A program made the position numbers and the translations under genes. From Synergistales bacterium (GTDB taxonomy: Bacteria > Synergistota > Synergistia > Synergistales > JAFGMB01), in contig OY762654.1 of NCBI GenBank assembly GCA_963666205.1, forward strand, positions 1,776,752-1,840,751: a stretch of 64,000 nt of DNA, given 5' to 3'. How positions within the stretch are numbered: position 1 is the stretch's first letter; every line of letters starts with the position of its first letter. Below the pieces are notes generated by a model. That model made no database searches. It was not told the DNA's origin and worked only from the letters and a program-made list of their open reading frames with translations. Shown one piece after another: positions 9,607 to 16,716 of the stretch.

Positions 9607-12360
9607 ATGACCGGAGACGAAAGAAACAGAATTTCCTCAGAACGGAGTCCCTCCGTGGAAAAACCCGTCCTTGAAAGTGAAAAGGTGCCCTGCTCTTCTG
9701 AAGAGAAAGGTAGCGGCCTCCGTCGGGAGATGCATATACCCCTGGGATTAAGCAGTCTGATATCCTTCCTCATAACCGATATTCAGGGAGAGGAAGCTTC
9801 TATAATGTCAACAAGCAGCGGAGCAGAACGACTTTTCGGTTATGGTCCGTCTGAAATGGCGGGTCAGCTCCTTTCGTCCATTATGGTTCCAGACAGGGTG
9901 TGCCGCCTTCCTGTTATTTTCGGCAAACTATCGGCCACTAAAGAGGGATACAGTTCAGAGACAGTCCTTGCAAAGCGATCGGGAGAACTTTTTCCTGCGC
10001 ATCTTAAGGTCTATCCTGTGCATGATAAAGATGGTAATGTGGTACAGGCCCTTTTTTTTATCACCGACCTTTCCTCCCGTAAAAAACTTGAAAAGGAACT
10101 CTCCAGGAGCGAGGAAAAATTCCGTATTCTCATTGAGAATTCTCTTGATATCATAACCATCCTTGATCACGATGGAACAGTGACCTATCACAGCCCTTCT
10201 GTCAGGGATGTCCTCGGTTATGAAAAGGGTGAACTGCAAAGAGCCAATATTTTTGACAACATACATCCTGAAGATTTCCCTGCGACTATGTCCGCCCTCG
10301 CTGAAGTATCTAAAGATCCAGGTATTCCAAAGGTCCTTGAACATCGTTTCAGAGATAGTTCCGGGGCCTGGAAGATATTTGAGAGCCGGGGTAAGGCTCT
10401 TATATCCGGTTCTGGCCTTGAAGGGATAATTGTAAATTCCAGGGATATTTCCGACAGAAAGGAAGCAGAGAGGGAACTTTCCCGCCGTCTTCATTTTGAG
10501 GAGACCCTTTCGGAAATATCAACAAGATTTGTCCTGACACAATATCTGGATGAAGCGATCAACACTTCCCTTGAACAGCTCGGTCTTTTCAGTTGCGCAA
10601 GTCGTGCCTATATTTTTACAATTGACAGGAAATCCGGAACAATGAGCAATACCCATGAATGGTGTTACAAGGATATAGAGCCCCAGATAGATCATCTCCA
10701 GTTCCTTCCTCTCAATAGCTTTCCATGGTGGATGAAAAGACTTGAAGAAGATGGAGAGATAGTTATTCAGGATGTATCCAGCCTTCCTCCGGAGGCATCT
10801 GCCGAGAAGACTATCCTCCAGGAACAGGGGATAAGATCCATCCTCGTACTTCCCTTTTATTGTGCCAATTCGATCAGGGGTTATGTGGGTTTCGACAATG
10901 TGATCTCCACCTGGGCCTGGGAAAAGAAGGACATAAGACTTCTCAAGGTCTATGCACATATCCTTGGCCAGGCTTTTGAAAAAAATGAAACTTTCCGTTC
11001 CTATCAGTCCAGCCTCCAGTTCAACCTCAGTCTTCTCAACAGTTCTCCAAACCCGATAATGGTTCTTGATGCACAAGGTTCAATAACCTATGTAAATCCT
11101 TCCTTTGGCAGGGTATCAGGCTATACCTTAAAGGAAGTCAGGGGCATGAGAGCCCCTTATCCCTGGTGGCCTGAAGATGACGTGGAGGATTGCCTCCGGG
11201 AACATGAAGCCCTCTTAAGAGGTAATAGTACAGCAGGAGAGAAACGGTTTATATCCAGCAAGGGAGAGACTTTCCGGGTTTACATAAATAGCTCTCTTAT
11301 AAATGGAGAAGAAGGGGAGAACCATTTCCTGGTTAACTGGCTCGATATCACAGAGCGGTATCGGGCAGAGAGGGCTCACAGGGCTTCAGAGGAAAAATAC
11401 AGATCTCTCGTGGAAAACCTGAATGAAATAATTTATTCACTCAACAGGGAAGGACATATCACTTTTATAAGCCCTGTTGTAAAAGCATTGCTTGGATATG
11501 AAACATCGGAGATGGAGGGATGCGCCTTTACTTCCTTTGTTCACGAAGATGACAGTTACGCTGTGGAGGCAAGCCTGAAGGACCGGTGGGCTGGCATTCC
11601 GGAAAAGTATGAGCTCCGCATGATCAGCAATGAAGGTAAAGTACATCACGTGCTGGTTTCGTCAAGACCCCAGTTTGACGGAAATAACGTAGTTGGTGTT
11701 ATCGGCTCCCTCAGCGATATCACAGCCCAGAGGGAAACGGAGATCAAACTGGAGGCAAGTTACAGAAAGCTTGATGAATTGATGGATGGAGCCGCATCTT
11801 CCATAGTGTCTCTTCTGGAGATAAGAGATCCCTATTCAGCCGGACATCAGAGACGGGTATCCATACTCGCTACGGCAATTGCAAAGGAAATGAAGCTTAA
11901 GGAAGAACAGGTGGAAAATGTAAGAATTTCCAGCCTTGTCCACGATATAGGAAAGATCCATATACCAGCTGAGATACTCAGTAAGCCATCAAAGCTGAGA
12001 AAAACGGAATTCGAACTTCTCAAGGCTCATCCCCGCTCGGGTTCTGAGGTCATACATAAATTCGCTTTCCCTGAGATCATCGGAGAAATAGTGCTCCAGC
12101 ATCATGAGAGATTCGACGGTTCGGGTTATCCGGATGGTCTGAAGGGACAGGAAATACTGCTTGAGGCCAGGATCCTTGCCGTGGCAGATGTTGTGGAAGC
12201 TATGGTTTCCCATAGACCCTATCGTCCGGCCCACAGTTTTGATGAAGCCCTGGAGGAGATCTCTTCAAAGAGCGGCATTCATTTCGACCCTGAAGTTGTA
12301 GTTGCCTGTATCAGTGTCTTTTCAAAAAAAGGGTTCTTCGCAGGGTCTTCCAGTATCTGA
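9607..12360 (+). CDS. multidomain sensor, PAS-PAS-GAF-PAS-PAS-HD-GYP (putative c-di-GMP phosphodiesterase)
   Basis: ORF track 9571..12360. The ATG at 9607 lies 7 nt after AAGGTGG. Four PAS-like segments, for example ENSLDIITILDHDGTVTYHSP and NLNEIIYSLNREGHITFISP. A GAF-like segment, then C-terminal HDIGKIHIP and HHERFDGSGYPDGL (HD-GYP). Confidence 0.85.
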   Translation: MTGDERNRISSERSPSVEKPVLESEKVPCSSEEKGSGLRREMHIPLGLSSLISFLITDIQGEEASIMSTSSGAERLFGYGPSEMAGQLLSSIMVPDRVCRLPVIFGKLSATKEGYSSETVLAKRSGELFPAHLKVYPVHDKDGNVVQALFFITDLSSRKKLEKELSRSEEKFRILIENSLDIITILDHDGTVTYHSPSVRDVLGYEKGELQRANIFDNIHPEDFPATMSALAEVSKDPGIPKVLEHRFRDSSGAWKIFESRGKALISGSGLEGIIVNSRDISDRKEAERELSRRLHFEETLSEISTRFVLTQYLDEAINTSLEQLGLFSCASRAYIFTIDRKSGTMSNTHEWCYKDIEPQIDHLQFLPLNSFPWWMKRLEEDGEIVIQDVSSLPPEASAEKTILQEQGIRSILVLPFYCANSIRGYVGFDNVISTWAWEKKDIRLLKVYAHILGQAFEKNETFRSYQSSLQFNLSLLNSSPNPIMVLDAQGSITYVNPSFGRVSGYTLKEVRGMRAPYPWWPEDDVEDCLREHEALLRGNSTAGEKRFISSKGETFRVYINSSLINGEEGENHFLVNWLDITERYRAERAHRASEEKYRSLVENLNEIIYSLNREGHITFISPVVKALLGYETSEMEGCAFTSFVHEDDSYAVEASLKDRWAGIPEKYELRMISNEGKVHHVLVSSRPQFDGNNVVGVIGSLSDITAQRETEIKLEASYRKLDELMDGAASSIVSLLEIRDPYSAGHQRRVSILATAIAKEMKLKEEQVENVRISSLVHDIGKIHIPAEILSKPSKLRKTEFELLKAHPRSGSEVIHKFAFPEIIGEIVLQHHERFDGSGYPDGLKGQEILLEARILAVADVVEAMVSHRPYRPAHSFDEALEEISSKSGIHFDPEVVVACISVFSKKGFFAGSSSI

Positions 12361-12381
12361 GGAACATATCTCATGGGGTCA

Positions 12382-12921
12382 TCACCGCCATCGACCTCTA
12401 CCTCCCGGACCCCGGCCATGACCGCCCTTTCTTCCAGGACCGAAACCTGAACATGGAGGTCCTGCGATGTCATTTTCGGGGAAATTTCTATGGCATTCAT
12501 CGCAGACGGCCGCTATTTCCAGTGTCTGGGGGAGGAAGTGAAATGCCTCTTCCTCAACCCATTTCCTGACCATAGCCTCTTTGCCTGTTTCATCCTCCAT
12601 GTGTATTACCTTGCCGCAGATCCTGCAGTATACGTGAAAGTGCATCTTTTGACCTGGAAGTTCAAAACGGTAAAACCCTTCCTCCAAATTAACCAGGTTC
12701 AGGAGCCCAAGCCTGGATAGAAGGTTTACAGTACGGTAGATGGTGGCGATCCCGATAGTCGGGTCCTCTGCCTGCGCCAATTCCCTGAGATCGTTAACGC
12801 TGCAATGTTTTCCCGAGTTTTCGATGAGGGTCCTTATGATGATTTCCCGCTGACTGGTAAGGCGGAAGCCCCTTTTTTTCAGTTCTTCCCTATATTGGTC
12901 GCTCAGCTTTCCAGGTAACAT
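12382..12921 (-). CDS. fur: Fur family transcriptional repressor with an unusual C-terminal Gly/Arg-rich extension
   Basis: 179 aa. Fur-type winged helix (LTSQREIIIRTLIENSGKHCSVNDL..IATIYRTVNLL) and CRIC...CDEC structural zinc motifs. About 30 extra residues end in AGPPCSGFGPGRKGGHGRGPGGRGRWR. GGAGGA RBS. A near-consensus Fur box lies in its own promoter region. Confidence 0.85.
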   Translation of the reverse strand: MLPGKLSDQYREELKKRGFRLTSQREIIIRTLIENSGKHCSVNDLRELAQAEDPTIGIATIYRTVNLLSRLGLLNLVNLEEGFYRFELPGQKMHFHVYCRICGKVIHMEDETGKEAMVRKWVEEEAFHFLPQTLEIAAVCDECHRNFPENDIAGPPCSGFGPGRKGGHGRGPGGRGRWR

Positions 12922-12970
12922 CTTGTTCCTCCAGAAGGTTATGTTCTCTTTATGAATTTTACATTGACCC

Positions 12971-13000
12971 TTGACAATATAACATATACAGGTCTAGAAT
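12971..13000 (+). promoter_or_regulatory. sigma70-type promoter of the DUF5320 / MinD-Fer4 operon
   Basis: TTGACA (12971-12976), an 18-nt spacer, then TAGAAT (12995-13000). It overlaps the divergent fur promoter face to face. Confidence 0.55.
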
Positions 13001-13005
13001 GCTAA
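12976..13005 (-). promoter_or_regulatory. candidate promoter of the fur-family gene
   Basis: Minus strand reads TTAGCA (13005-13000), an 18-nt spacer, then TGT-TATATT (extended -10; TATATT at 12981-12976). The -35 element directly abuts the Fur box at 13006-13020. Confidence 0.45.
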
Positions 13006-13020
13006 TGATAATCATTATCA
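13006..13020. promoter_or_regulatory. Fur box (operator site 1)
   Basis: TGATAATCATTATCA is a perfect 7-1-7 palindrome. The 19-mer at 13001-13019, GCTAATGATAATCATTATC, matches the classical Fur consensus GATAATGATAATCATTATC at 18 of 19 positions. The box starts 6 nt after the -10 hexamer. Confidence 0.75.
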
Positions 13021-13234
13021 CTAATTGAATCTCCTGATATGCGATACATGAGTAATGATCCTGTATTTCCGACTCTGGTTTTGCTGACACTATTTTTGTA
13101 AGTATTGTACTGGAGTTTCCAGAGAAACGGGTTTCTTCTGGCCATTCTGAATTTACTTATCCTGATCATGTATTGCTATAAGAGGACAATACATCTTTCC
13201 AAAGGGAGAGATGAACTTCAAGGAGGCGATACAA

Positions 13235-13510
13235 ATGCCGAGATTTAACGGAAGAGGGCCAAGAGGTATGGGTCCCGGAACAGGATGGGGCCTTGGTCCC
13301 TGTGGAGCAGGCAGAGCCTGGGGCCGTGGAGGCGGATATGGGTATGGCTGGAGAGTGCCTATGGCAGACAGTGGTTATTATCCTCCATATGCTGCGCCTG
13401 TACAGCCTGCACCCCAGGATGAAAAGGTCTTTCTTCAGGATCAGCTGGACTATCTTGAATCTGAAGTCAGGCGGATACGGGAAAGAATGGATGATCTCGA
13501 TAAGGCTTAA
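13235..13510 (+). CDS. DUF5320-like protein (Gly/Arg-rich N-terminus plus C-terminal coiled coil)
   Basis: ORF track 13211..13510. The ATG at 13235 lies 8 nt after AAGGAGG. Starts MPRFNGRGPRGMGPGTGWGLGPCGAGRAWGRGGGYGYGWR and ends with the helical LQDQLDYLESEVRRIRERMDDLDKA. This is the DUF5320 architecture as I recall it. Confidence 0.7.
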   Translation: MPRFNGRGPRGMGPGTGWGLGPCGAGRAWGRGGGYGYGWRVPMADSGYYPPYAAPVQPAPQDEKVFLQDQLDYLESEVRRIRERMDDLDKA

Positions 13511-13548
13511 CCCTGATCTTTTCTTCTTACCCCATGTTAACTTTCTTT

Positions 13549-13584
13549 AAGAGAGGGGAGTTTTCTCTCCTCTCTTGATTTTGT
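13549..13584 (+). terminator. hairpin / partial terminator between DUF5320 and the first ATPase gene
   Basis: AAGAGAGGGGAG (13549-13560), loop TTTT, CTCTCCTCTCTT (13565-13576). This gives 12 bp including one G-U pair. T-rich GATTTTGTCTGTTT follows. Confidence 0.5.
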
Positions 13585-13629
13585 CTGTTTCTCCGATACA
13601 ATCAGGGAATGCCAATTGCCAACTGAACA

Positions 13630-13644
13630 GAATAATCAATATCA
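13630..13644. promoter_or_regulatory. Fur-box-like operator site 2
   Basis: GAATAATCAATATCA is 13/15 identical to site 3 (15888-15902). It lies 44 nt upstream of the first ATPase gene. A possible weak promoter is TTGCCA (13616-13621) with TATCAA (13640-13645). Confidence 0.4.
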
Positions 13645-13687
13645 ATAAACCATTATTTTAGATGGAACAAGAAAATCAACGGAGGAC

Positions 13688-14542
13688 GTGATCTCGGAAA
13701 TGTTTCGAATAGCAGTTGCAAGCGGCAAGGGAGGTACCGGAAAAACGTGTGTTGCCTCATCACTTGCATTGACGGCAGGTCAGGCTGTTGCCGTTGATGT
13801 GGATGTGGAAGAACCCAACCTTGCTATTCTTATGGGAACAGAAATGAGACATCATCTTGATGTTACAGTACCTCTTCCCGTAATAAATGAAGATAAATGT
13901 ACAAAATGTGGTAAATGTGCCGAGGCCTGCCGTTTTGGAGCCCTGGCCATTTTTCCTGACAAATATCCTATCCTTAACAGTTCTCTCTGTAATGGTTGCG
14001 GTACATGTTCTATTGTCTGTCCATATTCTGCCATAACTGAAACGAAAAGAGTAGTTGGAGAATTGAATTACGGGGAAGAAGGATCTATCAGGATACTTGA
14101 AGGGCGTCTTAATGTAGGTGTCTACAATGCCATACCTATCATCGAGAAGACTCTTAATGAAGCTGAAAAATGGGACACTACCCATGTGATAGACTGTTCT
14201 CCCGGCACATCCTGTCCCATGGTGGCAGCGGTGGGGCGGGCCGATTATGTGGTTTTAGTGACAGAACCGACTCCCTTTGGCCTGGCGGATCTTGCTCTTG
14301 CCCTTACGGTGGTCAGGGATCTTGGCATACCGGCAGGAGTAGTGGTCAACAGGGCAGATCTTTCCGGAGGGGATCTGGGTCCTCTATGTGACAAGTTCGG
14401 AGTGGATGTTATTGCCAGTCTGCCCTTTTCAAGACAGGTCGCGAAAGCCTATGCCAGTGGTATTTCCCCAATCAGGGTCGATGCAAACTGGCGGGAGGCT
14501 ATGAAAAAAGTATTAAACAGGGCAGAGGAGGCACTTCAATGA
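13688..14542 (+). CDS. MinD/ParA-type P-loop ATPase with inserted 2x[4Fe-4S] ferredoxin domain
   Basis: 284 aa. Deviant Walker A ASGKGGTGKT, then CTKCGKCAEACRFGAL and CNGCGTCSIVCPYSAI cluster motifs. GTG at 13688 or ATG at 13700 are possible starts. Confidence 0.85.
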   Translation: MISEMFRIAVASGKGGTGKTCVASSLALTAGQAVAVDVDVEEPNLAILMGTEMRHHLDVTVPLPVINEDKCTKCGKCAEACRFGALAIFPDKYPILNSSLCNGCGTCSIVCPYSAITETKRVVGELNYGEEGSIRILEGRLNVGVYNAIPIIEKTLNEAEKWDTTHVIDCSPGTSCPMVAAVGRADYVVLVTEPTPFGLADLALALTVVRDLGIPAGVVVNRADLSGGDLGPLCDKFGVDVIASLPFSRQVAKAYASGISPIRVDANWREAMKKVLNRAEEALQ

Positions 14543-15414
14543 GACCTCGTGAAGTTGTTATTGTAAGCGGCAAGGGGGGTACGGGAAAGACATCCCTTTC
14601 TTCGGTTCTCTGTGCAAAGGCAGCCGGAAAAGCCGTTTTTGCAGATACTGACGTTGACGCGCCGGATCTCTGGATACTTCTTAAGCCCGAAGAAAAGAAG
14701 CGTTTTGTTTTCCACGGTCTTGAAAAGGCAAAGGTTGATCAGGGAAAATGTATAGGCTGCGGAAAATGTGCCCGAACCTGCCGATTCAACGCCATAGAAC
14801 TCCAGGATGGAAAGGCTTTTGTTAACACCACTTTCTGTGAGGGCTGTGCGGCCTGCACTTATGTTTGCCCCACGAAATGTATTTCCCTTGAGCAGATAAC
14901 ACAGGGGCATTACTTTTACGGTGAGACAGAGCATGGTCCCATGTGGCATGCTCTCCTTGATCCGGGTGGAGAGAATTCTGGAATGCTTGTTTCACTCATC
15001 AGAAGATCTTCAGCTGAAACCGCAGAGGATATGGGGCTTCCCCTGATAGTGATTGATGGACCTCCCGGAGTTGCCTGTCCGGCTATATCGACCCTCACAG
15101 GAGCTGACCTGGCGGTTGTTGTAACGGAGCCGACCCTTTCGGGCTGGCACGATCTCAAAAGAGTCGGAGAACTCTGTCGGCAGTTGAGAGTTCCCATGAC
15201 CGTAGTGATAAACAAGTACGATCTTGCCCCCGATGAAGCCGAAAATATTTCCCGGAAATGCCAGGATAGCAATTGGCCTGTTCTGGGTATGATACCCTTC
15301 CGCAGGGAAGTTGTAGATGCTGTTTCACAGGCCCGGATCCCGGTGGAGGAACTATCTCCGGAGATCAACGTGATCTGGAGGGCAATAAAAACTCATACAG
15401 GTTTAGATATCTGA
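14539..15414 (+). CDS. MinD/ParA-type P-loop ATPase with inserted 2x[4Fe-4S] ferredoxin domain (paralogue)
   Basis: 291 aa. SGKGGTGKT, CIGCGKCARTCRFNAI and CEGCAACTYVCPTKCI. Its start overlaps the previous stop (ATGA at 14539-14542), which implies translational coupling. Confidence 0.85.
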   Translation: MRPREVVIVSGKGGTGKTSLSSVLCAKAAGKAVFADTDVDAPDLWILLKPEEKKRFVFHGLEKAKVDQGKCIGCGKCARTCRFNAIELQDGKAFVNTTFCEGCAACTYVCPTKCISLEQITQGHYFYGETEHGPMWHALLDPGGENSGMLVSLIRRSSAETAEDMGLPLIVIDGPPGVACPAISTLTGADLAVVVTEPTLSGWHDLKRVGELCRQLRVPMTVVINKYDLAPDEAENISRKCQDSNWPVLGMIPFRREVVDAVSQARIPVEELSPEINVIWRAIKTHTGLDI

Positions 15415-15443
15415 CAAATACTTAAAAAGGAGTTGAGGTAATT

Positions 15444-15776
15444 ATGATAGCAGTATCATCCGATGGTAATTCCCTTTCAAGCATGATAGCCTCCCGTTTT
15501 GCAAGGGCGGCCTTCTTCCTCATTTTTGACGATGAGGGCAAGCTGCTGGAGGCCATGCCTAACGATACTTCAGATGTGGCTCATGGCGCTGGAGGCAGGG
15601 CTGTTCAACTGCTTTCAGCTAAAAAGGTGACATCTGTGGTGGGTCCCATGTTCGGCCCCAATGCCTGTGTAGCCCTCAAGGCTGCGGGCATAAAGGCCTT
15701 TGAGGCCAGGGATATGACTGTTGAAGATGCAGTCAAAAAGGTTCTCCAGGGCGAAATGAAGGAAATGGTTTTTTAG
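15444..15776 (+). CDS. NifB/NifX/NifY-fold protein (dinitrogenase FeMo-cofactor-biosynthesis domain, 'orange protein'-like)
   Basis: 110 aa. IAVSSDG...SRFARAAFFLIFD...GAGGRAVQLL..KVTSVV...GPNACVALKAAGIKAF pattern typical of the NifX/NifB C-terminal family. Confidence 0.75.
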   Translation: MIAVSSDGNSLSSMIASRFARAAFFLIFDDEGKLLEAMPNDTSDVAHGAGGRAVQLLSAKKVTSVVGPMFGPNACVALKAAGIKAFEARDMTVEDAVKKVLQGEMKEMVF

Positions 15777-15814
15777 AATAATCCATCATCTCCCATTATA
15801 TAAATAATCTTCAT

Positions 15815-15842
15815 GGCCCCACTACGGTGGGGTCTTTTTTTT
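15815..15842 (+). terminator. rho-independent terminator after the NifX-fold gene
   Basis: CCCCAC (15817-15822), loop TACG, GTGGGG (15827-15832), followed by a run of T ending at 15842. Confidence 0.7.
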
Positions 15843-15853
15843 GGGGAAAGTAC

Positions 15854-15882
15854 TTGCTATATACCCCTTAGGAGCATATAAT
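15854..15882 (+). promoter_or_regulatory. sigma70-type promoter of the twin ferredoxin genes
   Basis: TTGCTA (15854-15859), a 17-nt spacer, then TATAAT (15877-15882). Confidence 0.6.
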
Positions 15883-15887
15883 GCTAT

Positions 15888-15902
15888 TGATAATCAATAT
15901 CA
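15888..15902. promoter_or_regulatory. Fur-box operator site 3
   Basis: TGATAATCAATATCA is 14/15 identical to site 1. It starts 6 nt after the -10 hexamer, the same spacing as site 1. It is embedded in TTGATAATCAATATCAATATTCAATATC. Confidence 0.65.
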
Positions 15903-15954
15903 ATATTCAATATCGCTGTTATAGATTTCCTGTAGCAGGTCAGGAGGATTAGAA

Positions 15955-16200
15955 ATGCCATGGGTGAGAGATGATCTTTGTGTTAATTGTGGTAAGTGTA
16001 TAGAGTCCTGTTCTTCGGGAGCCATATCCATGAAGGGTGGAAAAGCCTTGGTATCTCAGGAAAAATGTATTAAATGTGGGGCATGTATGCCTGTTTGTCC
16101 TGAGGGTGCTATAAGGCCGAATTCAGAAAATCCGGCCTTGGCTGGTAGATCTGGAGCGGGATATGGTTTTGGCCAGGGAATGAGCCGTTTGAGAAAGTAG
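15955..16200 (+). CDS. 2x[4Fe-4S] ferredoxin with Gly-rich C-terminal tail
   Basis: 81 aa. CVNCGKCIESC and CIKCGACMPVCP motifs. Tail AGRSGAGYGFGQGMSRLRK. AGGAGG RBS. Confidence 0.8.
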   Translation: MPWVRDDLCVNCGKCIESCSSGAISMKGGKALVSQEKCIKCGACMPVCPEGAIRPNSENPALAGRSGAGYGFGQGMSRLRK

Positions 16201-16211
16201 AGAGGTCTATT

Positions 16212-16565
16212 ATGCCCTGGATATCCCCTGAAAAATGCGTTGGTTGTGGAATATGCGTACATAAGTGTCCTGTCGGAGCGATCTCCATCAGGTATAGTGC
16301 CGCAGAACTGGATATGGACCAGTGTATTCGCTGTGGAATATGTCATGACGTATGTCCCAGAATGGCAATAAGACATGATAGTGAGCGGATTCCACGGGAG
16401 ATTCAGTCTAATCTTGAAAAAGCGGAAAGATCAATGGCGGAATGTGTAAGGTTGCTGGGAAATCCCAATGAAAGAATTAAGTGTCATGAAAGGCTGGTAA
16501 AACATTTCAACAAGGAAAAGATAGTTATCGAAGAAACCCTTAAAGAACTTGAGAGAATCAGGTAG
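16212..16565 (+). CDS. 2x[4Fe-4S] ferredoxin-domain protein with helical C-terminal extension
   Basis: 117 aa. CVGCGICVHKCP and CIRCGICHDVCP motifs. It starts MPW like its neighbour. The C-terminal 55 aa or so are charged and helical. Confidence 0.8.
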   Translation: MPWISPEKCVGCGICVHKCPVGAISIRYSAAELDMDQCIRCGICHDVCPRMAIRHDSERIPREIQSNLEKAERSMAECVRLLGNPNERIKCHERLVKHFNKEKIVIEETLKELERIR

Positions 16566-16716
16566 GGTCCGTTAAATACAGTTTTTATGATGTATAGGGG
16601 ACTTCTCCAATCGGTCAGCATGAATCCTGTAAGCAGACCAATAATCAAGGTTGCGCAGGCCTATGTACCTGCTCCGCCTTGTTGTTAACTTTAGAGAAAC
16701 AGGAGTGTGATGAAGT

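Noticed and set aside
13688-15414. The two ParA/MinD-type ATPases, considered as a plasmid or chromosome partition (ParA) system or a sign of a mobile element.
   Set aside because: Both carry ferredoxin inserts typical of the Fe-S MinD/Mrp subgroup. There is no ParB, centromere-like repeat array or replication gene nearby.
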